Source of the DNA: an uncultured Spirochaetota bacterium
GTDB lineage: Bacteria; Spirochaetota; Brevinematia; Brevinematales; JAOACQ01
Length of the DNA stretch: 64,000 nt
Assembly (NCBI GenBank): GCA_963768055.1
Contig: CAVYGN010000002.1
Span: 1,536,001 to 1,600,000 of the forward strand
Reading direction: 5' to 3'
Positions within the stretch are counted from its first letter, which is position 1. Each line of letters begins with the position of its first letter. The position numbers and the translations under genes were made by a program. The notes below the pieces were generated by a model. It saw only the letters and a list, made by a program, of their open reading frames with translations. It ran no database searches and was not told where the DNA came from. Positions 42,252-50,929 of this stretch are shown in pieces.

Positions 42252-42747
42252 CTTCCTCATCCTCCCATGTGTTCAACTCTCTCAATTCTTGCGGTGTGCA
42301 GATTAACGGCGTAACAAGGCCAAGTTCCTTATTCAGATTCTTTAATCTTTTTTGAACATAAGCATTGGCCAGATGTGTAAAATTCCATGTCAACAGGGCA
42401 TCCATTTCATAGTGGACCGAATAAGCTATGTGGTACATATCCATGTACAATTTTTCAGGGAAATCGAAGTGTTCCATATACTGCCGGGCAAGATCCTTGA
42501 TCTCGGGTTTGTACTCAAGTATGTTCAAGCCTCTGACCAGATCAAGGCGTTTCTTGGCGTAAAGCTGGTCCCCGCCCTTTATCTCGTCGATCACGACTTC
42601 GGAAATATGCAATTCATAACTTTTCCTCTCTTTTTCCCACCACATTATAGATATTTCCTGGCGGGAAAGGGTAATCAAGTCGCGGCTCAACTGCGAAACA
42701 ATATAACTTGGTATCGTGGAATCCAGGTAAACCTTTTCTTTCTCCAT
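42238..42747 (-). CDS. PIN-domain (VapC-like) protein
   Basis: VYLDSTIPSY, ISEVVIDEI, DMYHIA, LLTWNFTHLAN, ICTPQEL. Confidence 0.85.
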   Translation of the reverse strand: MEKEKVYLDSTIPSYIVSQLSRDLITLSRQEISIMWWEKERKSYELHISEVVIDEIKGGDQLYAKKRLDLVRGLNILEYKPEIKDLARQYMEHFDFPEKLYMDMYHIAYSVHYEMDALLTWNFTHLANAYVQKRLKNLNKELGLVTPLICTPQELRELNTWEDEEDEIS

Positions 42748-42769
42748 TATGCCTCAGTTTCCATTTCCA

Positions 42770-42878
42770 TATTTTGACAACATTATAGCTTAAAAAGGCT
42801 TAAAAGTAAAGTAAAATTGACCGATTTTCCGGCCTGTCTTATACTTTATGTTTACAAAATAAGATATTTTGACAACAT
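42770..42878. promoter_or_regulatory. Candidate tyrosine-recombinase resolution site (inverted core plus direct-repeat accessory site)
   Basis: ATGTTTACAAAATA-AGA-TATTTTGACAACAT at 42848-42878 and an exact TATTTTGACAACAT copy at 42770-42783. Confidence 0.55.
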
Positions 42879-42897
42879 GTAATTATTCCCCGGATTC

Positions 42898-42931
42898 CTT
42901 AGCGATTTTTTCCGTTTCGTGAGTTGACTCC
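42898..42931 (-). repeat. Tn3-type terminal IR (inner copy)
   Basis: Minus strand reads GGAGTCAACTCACGAAACGGAAAAAATCGCTAAG; near-identical to 43902-43935. Confidence 0.8.
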
Positions 42932-42953
42932 ATGAAGAAAAAGGGGCTGAAAT

Positions 42954-43859
42954 ACGGAAGAACAGACGATATTAATACATTCCCATGAATTTAATCCGAT
43001 TAAAAAATATTTAGAAAAAAGGGCGTTGATAGTAATGATCATCACTTTGGTAATGATGGTCACTGAAATCATCTCAGGGCTATTGTTTAATTCGGTGGCT
43101 TTATTTTCGGATGGCTGCCATATGGGGACACATTTTACTGCTATAAGCATAACATTTCTTACATTCCTGATGGCGAGAATCCACAGGTGGGATAACAAGT
43201 TTGCTTTCGGGACCTGGAAAATTGAGATACTCGGAGCTTATACAAGCGCTATAATATTGGGCATCGTTGGGCTTTTTATGGTATATGTTTCTGTTCAGAG
43301 GTTTATAAAACCGGAAGCTATCAATTATAATTCTGCGCTCCTTGTTGCCGGGCTTGGTTTGATTGTCAATATTTCAAGCATGTTTATTTTAGGGTTCGAT
43401 AATGAGACTCACCATCATGACGTTTCCAAAGATCATGGGAGTGATTTGAATATTAAATCGGCGTTTATTCATGTTGCGGCAGATGCTTTTACCTCAGTAT
43501 TAATAATCACAGCTCTTCTTGGGGCGAAATATTTTAAATGGAACTTTCTTGATCCAGTAATGGGGATGTTGGGTGCTATCCTGATTTTCATCTGGTCTTT
43601 TTCTTTATTGAAAGATACCTTTAAAATCCTGACAGACAGGGAAATGGACACCCCAATAGTACAGGAGATAAAAGACATAATAGGTAAAGACAGCGGCACT
43701 CAGCTTAAAGATATCCATGTCTGGAGGGTTGCTCAGGATAAATATGCCTGCATACTGTCGATATTTTCAGAAAAAGTATGTACCGTGGACGATTATAAAC
43801 AAAAACTGCTTAAAATGAACAATCTGGTACATGTTACGATAGAACTTAATATTTGTTGA
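42954..43859 (+). CDS. dmeF: Cation diffusion facilitator (DmeF-like Co/Ni/Zn efflux)
   Basis: HSHEF, DGCHMGTH, FAFGTWKIEILG, His-rich loop, DLNIKSAFIHVAADAFTS, HVWRV, HVTIE. The frame extends to an ACG at 42954 behind AAGGGG; first canonical start is TTG 43026. Confidence 0.85.
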   Translation, partial: TEEQTILIHSHEFNPIKKYLEKRALIVMIITLVMMVTEIISGLLFNSVALFSDGCHMGTHFTAISITFLTFLMARIHRWDNKFAFGTWKIEILGAYTSAIILGIVGLFMVYVSVQRFIKPEAINYNSALLVAGLGLIVNISSMFILGFDNETHHHDVSKDHGSDLNIKSAFIHVAADAFTSVLIITALLGAKYFKWNFLDPVMGMLGAILIFIWSFSLLKDTFKILTDREMDTPIVQEIKDIIGKDSGTQLKDIHVWRVAQDKYACILSIFSEKVCTVDDYKQKLLKMNNLVHVTIELNIC

Positions 43860-43901
43860 AGAACTTATACAAAAATTAATAATGATCGAATTTTGTGAAT
43901 T

Positions 43902-43935
43902 CTTAACGATTTTTTCCGTTTCGTGAGTTTACCCC
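43902..43935 (-). repeat. Tn3-type terminal IR (outer copy)
   Basis: Minus strand reads GGGGTAAACTCACGAAACGGAAAAAATCGTTAAG. Confidence 0.82.
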
Positions 43936-43963
43936 TATTTTGTCCGAATTCTTCGTCCACCCA
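43936..43963 (-). repeat. Truncated Tn3-type IR of a different family
   Basis: Minus strand reads TGGGTGGACGAAGAATTCGGACAAAATA, matching the outer 28 bp of the IR at 61759 and resembling the one at 55370-55405. Confidence 0.65.
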
Positions 43964-44073
43964 ATTTTGTCCTTACCCAATTTCATCCGGTTAAAGATAT
44001 TTATTTGACAATAGATAATCATTTTCTTATATTATTGCATAGATGCGTAATATTGCAAATAAGGATATTTAAA

Positions 44074-44406
44074 ATGAATCAAATGGAGAACAAGGAACTT
44101 TACAAAATGCATGCAGATTTCTGTAAATTCATGGGCAGTCCCAAAAGGATTGAGATTTTATTTGTACTGGGAAACGGTGAGAAATGCGTTGATGAACTGG
44201 CGCAAATTATGGGAATCAATATTCCAAACGTTTCTCAAAACCTGGCTATTATGAAAGACAGGGGAATTGTTGAATCAAGAAGAGATGGCACAAAAATTTA
44301 CTACAGATTATCAAATCCAAAAGTCCTTGAAGCTTGTATGATCGTGAGGGATTTAATGTTTGAACAACTTAATAAAAAAATTAATATGTTTGGAGGAAGT
44401 AAGTAA
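44074..44406 (+). CDS. ArsR/SmtB-family repressor
   Basis: FCKFMGSPKRIEIL, EKCVDELA, NVSQNLAIMK, RRDG..IYY. Confidence 0.9.
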   Translation: MNQMENKELYKMHADFCKFMGSPKRIEILFVLGNGEKCVDELAQIMGINIPNVSQNLAIMKDRGIVESRRDGTKIYYRLSNPKVLEACMIVRDLMFEQLNKKINMFGGSK

Positions 44407-44862
44407 TGAAATACAGAGAATCAGGAATGCCCGATGAAAATTTGTGGAACAGCTTTTTCGATCGGGTTAAAATCTTTAATTTAATGGAAATTGATAAAAC
44501 AGTAAATCTTCTTATCGATATTGGTTGCGGATATGGAACTTTTTTATTCCCGGCTTCAAAAATAGTCAAAAAAGTTATCGGTATTGATATTGATCCTCAA
44601 ATGATTAAGTTTTGCAAAAATCAAATTAAAGAAAATAAATACGGAACTATACCTTTGACAAACCATCTATCTTAACCTCAAAAATAGCCTTTATCAATTC
44701 TTCGGGTTTTAAGGGATAGGCCGATATTGGTTTATCATACTTTTTCCCTTCGTTTGTTCTCGTTTTTCTCTTTCTCATTTCATAACCCCATTTTTATATA
44801 CTTGACATAATATATATAATTCCTTTATAATATTTTAGGTAAATCATTAAGGAGTATAAAAT

Positions 44863-45018
44863 ATGCCAAACCCCAATAATGTTGTATGGAAATCATTAGT
44901 CGGTCATCACGAACCTCTTGAAGGTGAGGATATAAGCACATTGTTTGATACCCCTCAAACAGAAACTACTACACAAGAAAATAATAATAACTCTAATAAT
45001 AGTACATCAGATAATTAA
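44863..45018 (+). CDS. 51-aa small passenger protein with Asn/Thr-rich tail
   Basis: TTGACA...TATAAT promoter and AAGGAG RBS upstream; MPNPNNVVWKSLVGHHEPLEG...NNNNSNNSTSDN. Confidence 0.5.
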   Translation: MPNPNNVVWKSLVGHHEPLEGEDISTLFDTPQTETTTQENNNNSNNSTSDN

Positions 45019-45665
45019 TTCTTAATTGTTTCATCTTTAAAAAATTCAATATAATCTATTTTCATTTCGGGTGTTATCAATATCCCATCAATTAATTTTT
45101 TTTTGCCTTTCTTCAAAAGAATAGGGTTATAATAAGGATGAGATAATATTTCTTCTTCATTCTTTTTAAGATAAGGATTCTCAACAAATATATATTGACT
45201 ATCTGGACTATCAGAATATCCATAAATTTGACCTATAATAATTTGACCATTAGACATATGGATATTTGCCCAATTTTTCTTTCCCAAATTTGTTTCCATA
45301 ATATCGTTCCATATAGACATTCTTGATGTTTTTTTTGTGATCTTAATTGTTCTGAAAAACCAATGGAAAGCGTCTCTGTATATTAATACGCCAAATAATA
45401 TTCCATAAAATATACTTATTCCAACCAATTCTAAATATTGAGTAATACACATATAATCATAATTTTCCAGAAAGTTTATGATTTTTTTTCCGTTAATTAA
45501 TTGATAAGTAATGTAAATAAATACTGAAAATATCAATGCTTCAACTATTAAAGTAAACTGATCCCGTCCTTTTCTTACAATTAATGATTCTACAAATATT
45601 GATGCTAATAATCCTGGCATTAGAAAAAACAAAATCTGTATAGTCTCTTTACTTATGCTATCCAT
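45015..45665 (-). CDS. Passenger membrane protein (DUF6338-like)
   Basis: LFFLMPG, three TM helices, SIWN, G.I.GYSD, GILI...IDYIEF. Translationally coupled to the transposase. Confidence 0.6.
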   Translation of the reverse strand: MDSISKETIQILFFLMPGLLASIFVESLIVRKGRDQFTLIVEALIFSVFIYITYQLINGKKIINFLENYDYMCITQYLELVGISIFYGILFGVLIYRDAFHWFFRTIKITKKTSRMSIWNDIMETNLGKKNWANIHMSNGQIIIGQIYGYSDSPDSQYIFVENPYLKKNEEEILSHPYYNPILLKKGKKKLIDGILITPEMKIDYIEFFKDETIKN

Positions 45666-46633
45666 TAAAAAGCCCCCTTATATTTTAATCTTTTTCCGAC
45701 TATCCCCCTAATAGCGTTTTCTGTTCTTTCTCCATCGCTTTTTTTCCTGTTATTCCATCTGAAATTAAATTCCGCACAATACCTGAAAAGATGTTTTTTA
45801 GAAATATGATGGAAGGTTCCTACGATTCCCCTCTTTAAGAGTGAAAAATATGATTCGGCGGTATTTGTATTGATCCCATTCTCTGAATACTGGCCTATCC
45901 CGTGATTAATTACTTTATGGCCGCCTTTATACTCTTTTTCAATCCCGTTATAACTTCTCCATTCGTCAGTAATAATTGTTGATTCTTTATTAACTACTTC
46001 TTTAATGGCTGACTTTAATGTTTCCCCGGTTACATCGGGAACAGGATGAGATACGGCTTTACCGTTTCTTTCAACCAATACCATTACAGGGACTTTTTCA
46101 GTTCCTCGCCCTCTTTTGCTGTTGCTGTTATTTCCCTTTCTCGGCTTCCCGCCAACATAGGTTTCATCGACTTCAACTTGTCCATTGAGCATATTTGCTA
46201 AAGGCTCCTTTTTCATCGTCATCCTAATCCTATGGGATAAATGCCATGCGGATTTATAAGTATGTAATCCGAGGTTTCTTTGTAACTGGAGAGACGAAAC
46301 ACCCTTTTTATGAGAACACATTGAATAATAAGCCTGTACCCATTGCCTTAATGTAATATGTGACCCATGCATTATTGTCCCGGATGTAACTGTAAATTGC
46401 TTTCTGCAATCCTTACAGCGTATAAGACCATCTCTTATGGTTTTTGCTTTTCCGATGATTCTAACAATATTTTTACTTTCACAATGAGGACATATTATAC
46501 CATCCTTCCAGCGAATATTTTCTAAAATTGTTCTCGCTTCATCTTCCGATAATCGGCAGACATCAATATAAGCCATTTCGCTCATATTCTTATATTCAGG
46601 AAGATTAAATTTCATATTTTTTCTCCTATTCAT
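45665..46633 (-). CDS. IS1595-family (ISXO2-like) transposase
   Basis: Zn ribbon CPHC...CKDCRKQF, VEVDETYVGG, IITDEW, NTNTAES, EFNFRWN. Confidence 0.94.
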   Translation of the reverse strand: MNRRKNMKFNLPEYKNMSEMAYIDVCRLSEDEARTILENIRWKDGIICPHCESKNIVRIIGKAKTIRDGLIRCKDCRKQFTVTSGTIMHGSHITLRQWVQAYYSMCSHKKGVSSLQLQRNLGLHTYKSAWHLSHRIRMTMKKEPLANMLNGQVEVDETYVGGKPRKGNNSNSKRGRGTEKVPVMVLVERNGKAVSHPVPDVTGETLKSAIKEVVNKESTIITDEWRSYNGIEKEYKGGHKVINHGIGQYSENGINTNTAESYFSLLKRGIVGTFHHISKKHLFRYCAEFNFRWNNRKKSDGERTENAIRGIVGKRLKYKGAF

Positions 46634-47049
46634 TTATTTCAAGAATAGTATAACTCATTTTCTTTGGTTTGTCAAGTATATAATTCCGAATAAATATAAA
46701 AATATTGAACTTATTTCTGGTGATATTTCACAGAATCATACCTTAGAATTATTAAATCCCTATTTGAACCGGATTGATTATATTACCCTCTTTAATATTC
46801 TTCATTGTGAAGAACCTGTAAAACTTTTAGAGTCTGTTTTTAAAATTCTTAAATCTGGCGGGAAGTTAGGTATAGTTCACTGGAAACATGAAAAGACGCC
46901 AAGGGGGCCGTCTATGGATATCAGGCCGAAACCGGGTCAAATTATTGAATGGGCGGAAAGTGCCGGTTTTATTACGCATAAGCAGATCGAATTGCAGCCT
47001 TATCACTTTGGTATTATTTTTAAGAAGAGAAAGGATAAGGAGGATAGTT

Positions 47050-47655
47050 ATGGAAAAAACCGCGAAAAAATATGATCGTGCATCGAAGACTTATGATTTT
47101 TTTGAAATGCCTGCGGAAAAATTGCTGTTTTCCAGGCTTCGGAAACAGGCATTCAGTAATATTTCAGGGAAAATTCTGGAAATCGGCGTAGGAACTGGCA
47201 AAAACATGCTTTATTATCCGTCAGTCGCCGAAGTTACTGCAATTGACTTCAGCGGCGGCATGCTTGATAAAGCAATGATTATGAAAAATAAGCTCGATCT
47301 GTCAAATGTTAACCTTATAAAAATGGACGCTCAAAATTTGAAATTTGCCAACAGCACTTTCGATTTCGTTATTTCCGCTTTTGTTTTCTGTACAATACCT
47401 GATCCTGTTAAAGGGCTCGCTGAAGCATACCGTGTATTGAAACCTGACGGAAAGGCTATCTTTATCGAGCATATGAAAAGCAGTTCATTACTTTTAAATG
47501 TCATGCTTAATGCGATGAATCTAATTACAGTACCTATGATGGGGACATACATGAACAGGGAAACGCAGAATAATATCGAGAAAGCGGAATTCAGAATAGA
47601 AAGCGTTGAAAAACATGTATTTGATATCGTTCGCCTGATCGTTTCACGGAAATAA
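47050..47655 (+). CDS. Class I SAM methyltransferase (PmtA/UbiE-like)
   Basis: ILEIGVGTGKN, IDFSGGML, MDAQ, FVFCTIPDP, RVLKPDG. Confidence 0.9.
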   Translation: MEKTAKKYDRASKTYDFFEMPAEKLLFSRLRKQAFSNISGKILEIGVGTGKNMLYYPSVAEVTAIDFSGGMLDKAMIMKNKLDLSNVNLIKMDAQNLKFANSTFDFVISAFVFCTIPDPVKGLAEAYRVLKPDGKAIFIEHMKSSSLLLNVMLNAMNLITVPMMGTYMNRETQNNIEKAEFRIESVEKHVFDIVRLIVSRK

Positions 47656-47669
47656 ATAGGGAGGAATTT

Positions 47670-48302
47670 ATGAGAAAGCTATTGTTTTTATCATTACTGG
47701 CATTAATGTTAGCTGGTTTTGTTTATAGTCAGGAAAAGCCGAAAATCATCGATACCGTATTAAACGAAATCCGGCAGGAACAGGGATTAACAAACGGACA
47801 GAAAATTAATGCGGATAAAGTAAGTTCTCTGAAACTTGAGGAATTAGGCGATTCCGTAATGGAAGCAACGATAGGTAATACTGAAAGGCACGAACTGATG
47901 GATAAAATGATAGGCGGAGAGGGTTCCCAATCACTTACAGCTTTTCACCAGAGGATCGGCTACAACTACCTGGCGGGTTACCCTCTTGGAATGATGGAAG
48001 TAACGGGTTGTCCATTTTTCGGAAATTTGAATTCGGGAGGTTATAATATGATGAATGGTTATGGCTACGGGCCGGGAATGATGGGATGGGCCGGATTCGG
48101 CTGGGGAGGAATGTTTATGGGTTTGATATTTCTTGTATTAATAGTGCTGGCAGTCTTATTTATAGCAGGGATGTTAAGAGGAGGCAGTATTATAGGCCGT
48201 TCTGCATCGGAAACACCGCTGGATATACTGAAAAAACGTTACGCAAAAGGAGAAATTTCCAAAGAGGAGTATGAAAAAATGCGTAAAGATCTACTTTCAT
48301 AG
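47670..48302 (+). CDS. Exported Met/Gly-rich membrane protein with C-terminal SHOCT domain
   Basis: Signal peptide, GYGPGMMG, TM helix, PLDILKKRYAKGEISKEEYEKMR. Confidence 0.75.
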   Translation: MRKLLFLSLLALMLAGFVYSQEKPKIIDTVLNEIRQEQGLTNGQKINADKVSSLKLEELGDSVMEATIGNTERHELMDKMIGGEGSQSLTAFHQRIGYNYLAGYPLGMMEVTGCPFFGNLNSGGYNMMNGYGYGPGMMGWAGFGWGGMFMGLIFLVLIVLAVLFIAGMLRGGSIIGRSASETPLDILKKRYAKGEISKEEYEKMRKDLLS

Positions 48303-48312
48303 GAGGCATTTT

Positions 48313-49185
48313 ATGATGGGAATCAGAATATTACTTGCCGGAGTGTTACTGGCTTTCCCGATGTTCATGTTCTCTCAGGGGATGATGGGAAACGGCAACG
48401 GCTACGGAATGGGAATGATGCGCGGCTATTATAACGACCGTGGGGAAGCCCTGGAAAAATCCGAGGCTGTAAAATCTGTACTTGCAAAAATTAGGAAAGA
48501 ACAGGGTTTGAATGAAGAAGAGCCCATCGATCCTGAAAAGGTCAGCCCAAAGCTCCTTGGAGAATTAGGGGACGCAGTCATGGATGTTATGATAGGCAAC
48601 AAGGAACAGCACGAGTGGATGGACAATATGATGGGCGGGGAAGGCTCGGCGTCGCTTGAAAGAATGCATGAGCAGATGGGATACCGGTACCTGCACGGGC
48701 AACCGATTGGAATAATGGGCAGAGGTTACGGCCCCGGATACGGCGGCATGATGGGGTATTACAGCGGATTTTACGGAAATAATCCGTATATGCCTATGAT
48801 GTCGTTCGGTTCTTTTATGGGAACCGGCACTCTTATGGACATGAATTGGATGCTGGATTACAGGTTCGCGGGATACCTTAGCTTGTCAAAAGACCAGGTA
48901 AAAAAGATAACGGACTTAAAATCAGATTATGAGAAGGAAACCGATTCCTTAAGGTCACAACTGCTTGAAAAAAGACGAAACCTTTTCGATCTGTGGTCCA
49001 CGGCCAAACCGGATGAAAGCGCTATCAAGACTGCCAATAAGGATATATTCATGCTTCTCGCATCTCTTTCGGATAGGGAAACGGATTACCAGATAAAGGT
49101 CCTGGAAATACTTACACCTGATCAGAGGAAGAAAATGGATTACAGAGGTATGATGAATTATCAAAGTAATTACACAAATAATTAA
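48313..49185 (+). CDS. Periplasmic Met/Gly-rich Spy/CpxP/ZraP-like protein
   Basis: Signal peptide; LSLSKDQ...ILTPDQR (LTXXQ motifs); N-terminal domain shared with 47670-48302. Confidence 0.7.
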   Translation: MMGIRILLAGVLLAFPMFMFSQGMMGNGNGYGMGMMRGYYNDRGEALEKSEAVKSVLAKIRKEQGLNEEEPIDPEKVSPKLLGELGDAVMDVMIGNKEQHEWMDNMMGGEGSASLERMHEQMGYRYLHGQPIGIMGRGYGPGYGGMMGYYSGFYGNNPYMPMMSFGSFMGTGTLMDMNWMLDYRFAGYLSLSKDQVKKITDLKSDYEKETDSLRSQLLEKRRNLFDLWSTAKPDESAIKTANKDIFMLLASLSDRETDYQIKVLEILTPDQRKKMDYRGMMNYQSNYTNN

Positions 49186-49265
49186 AAATACTCAATAAGC
49201 GACGATATAGATTTGATCAATAATGTTGTATGAACACGTAATTCAGAAAACAATAGGAGGTTTCA

Positions 49266-49586
49266 ATGAAATTTGGCATTATTCTTGAAACAAAAGAATA
49301 TGAAAAAGCCTGGAACGCTTTTCGTTTTGCTGTAACATCAAAAAAGAATGGGCATGAAGTAAAAGTCTTTCTTATGGGTGAGGCTGTAGAATGTGAAGGG
49401 TTAACTCACGAAAAATATAATGTCGATGAACAATTGAAAATGTTTGTTAAAGATGGTGGAGAAATACTGGCTTGCGGAACATGCTTGAAATTAAGAAATA
49501 TGGATGGTTCTGAAGCCTGCCCTATTTCGACAATGGTTGACTGTATAAAAATGGTTGAATGGGCGGATAAAGCCATAACATTTTAA
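49266..49586 (+). CDS. DsrE/DsrF-like sulfur relay protein
   Basis: AWNAFRFA, VFLMGEAVE, ILACGTCL, WADKAITF. Confidence 0.85.
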   Translation: MKFGIILETKEYEKAWNAFRFAVTSKKNGHEVKVFLMGEAVECEGLTHEKYNVDEQLKMFVKDGGEILACGTCLKLRNMDGSEACPISTMVDCIKMVEWADKAITF

Positions 49587-49618
49587 TTTTATTTGCCCCT
49601 GATTACACCGATGCTCCC

Positions 49619-49948
49619 ATGAGGCTTATTGTTGTAGTTTTTATTGATAAAAACAGCCCGATCGGCAGATTATACCAAAAAAAGAAAAAAGAAAGGCTAT
49701 TTTACAGGTATGCTCATTTTTATTCAGTCAAGAAAGTTACAAATAAATTGAAAAAAGCCGGTTTCACCGGATTTTCATACCGACAGACCCTAAACAATTT
49801 AAATAATGAAACAGTCCAAACATTCGAGGAAGGTTATGGGAAGGGTGGTTTTGTTGTCATAAAAGGAAATAAAATTAAAAAATATTATCATTCCCTTGAA
49901 ACTCCTTTAGATATGGGGCCAGTACACAAAACGGAAAAAATCCTTTGA
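49619..49948 (+). pseudogene. C-terminal fragment of a class I SAM methyltransferase
   Basis: LIVVFIDKNS.IG..Y...FY..A.FYS...AGF...QT...EGYGKGGFVVI, with no SAM-binding N-terminus. Confidence 0.55.
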
Positions 49949-49991
49949 CAATAAGTTGGTCTTTAGATATAATTAGCATATGCTAATTATA
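49945..49991 (+). promoter_or_regulatory. Consensus sigma70 promoter with a 24-bp perfect palindrome
   Basis: TTGACA(49945)-17 bp-TATAAT(49968). TATAATTAGCATATGCTAATTATA at 49968-49991. Confidence 0.8.
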
Positions 49992-50001
49992 AAGGGTTAT
50001 T

Positions 50002-50466
50002 ATGCCTCGTCCTTTTAAATGCAGGAAAGTTGATTACAGCCCTGAAACCACCTTTTTTAAACCTGCAGGGATACCAATAAACGTGCTAGAAGTCATAGTT
50101 CTTTCGCTGGACGAGCTTGAAGCCGTTCGCCTCGCTGATTTTAAAGGTCTGTATCAAGAGGAAGCCGCTCAAAAAATGGCCATTTCAAGACAAACCTTCG
50201 GAAATATCGTTTCTTCCGCGAGAAGCAAAATTGCGGACGCGCTTATAAACGGCAAAGCAATAAAAATCGAAGGCGGATTTGTTGAGGCGATTGAAAGAGA
50301 ATTTATCTGTCCTGACTGCAAGCATAAATGGAGTTTACCCTTCGGCACGGGCCATCCGGCTAAATGTCCGGATTGCCGGAGTATCAATATACATCGCAAT
50401 CAGGAAGATCATGGACAATCATACCATGACAGAGGATGCAATAATCAGCATAATGGGAATCATTAA
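50002..50466 (+). CDS. DUF134 HTH protein with C-terminal Zn ribbon
   Basis: MPRPFKCR, FKPAG, ELEAVRLAD, QEEAA..M.ISRQTF, CPDC...CPDC. Confidence 0.88.
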   Translation: MPRPFKCRKVDYSPETTFFKPAGIPINVLEVIVLSLDELEAVRLADFKGLYQEEAAQKMAISRQTFGNIVSSARSKIADALINGKAIKIEGGFVEAIEREFICPDCKHKWSLPFGTGHPAKCPDCRSINIHRNQEDHGQSYHDRGCNNQHNGNH

Positions 50467-50479
50467 ACAGGAGGATTAT

Positions 50480-50848
50480 ATGATATTAGCTATCCCTACG
50501 GAAAACATGAGCGGGGAAATATCAACCATTTACAGTCACTTCGGAAGCGCTCCATTTTATGCCTATTACAATACGTATGATGAAAAACTGGATTTTGTCA
50601 ACAACGGGAACAAGGATCATGAACACGGCCGGTGCCAGCCGGTAGATGAATTAAGGGAAAAGAAGGTTGAAGCCGTCGTTTGTAACGGAATGGGGCTTCG
50701 TGCTATCAACAATCTTAATTCGCTTGGCATTAAAGTCTATTTTGCCGGAAACGCACTTAATATCGCGGAAGTTGTAAATATGCTTAAAAATGATGAATTA
50801 AAGGAGCTTCTTCCGGTCAACGCATGTATGCGGCATAATTGCCGCTAA
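50480..50848 (+). CDS. NifB/NifX-family (FeMo-cofactor-binding domain) protein
   Basis: LAIPT, HFGSAPFY, HEHGRC, VVCNGMG.RA, GIKVY. Confidence 0.85.
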   Translation: MILAIPTENMSGEISTIYSHFGSAPFYAYYNTYDEKLDFVNNGNKDHEHGRCQPVDELREKKVEAVVCNGMGLRAINNLNSLGIKVYFAGNALNIAEVVNMLKNDELKELLPVNACMRHNCR

Positions 50849-50929
50849 AAAGACTGAAATAATTGATCGCCGCAATAGCCCCAATCCGGTCTGAAAATAG
50901 GCCGGTGTACCATGAAAAAACCATGCGGT

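Larger units (their letters stand above)
44642..46688 (-). mobile_element. IS1595-family element with passenger genes (2,047 bp)
   Basis: 24-bp imperfect IRs CGGAACTATACCTTTGACAAACCA / CGGAATTATATACTTGACAAACCA. 8-bp TSD AATAAATA at 44634-44641 and 46689-46696. Confidence 0.93.
44406..47075 (+). pseudogene. Class I SAM methyltransferase interrupted by the IS1595 element
   Basis: 5' part has IDIGCGYGTF. Removing the IS and one TSD rejoins ...KENKY|KNIELISGD...LFNILH...GGKLGIVHW...TPRGP in frame. Confidence 0.85.
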
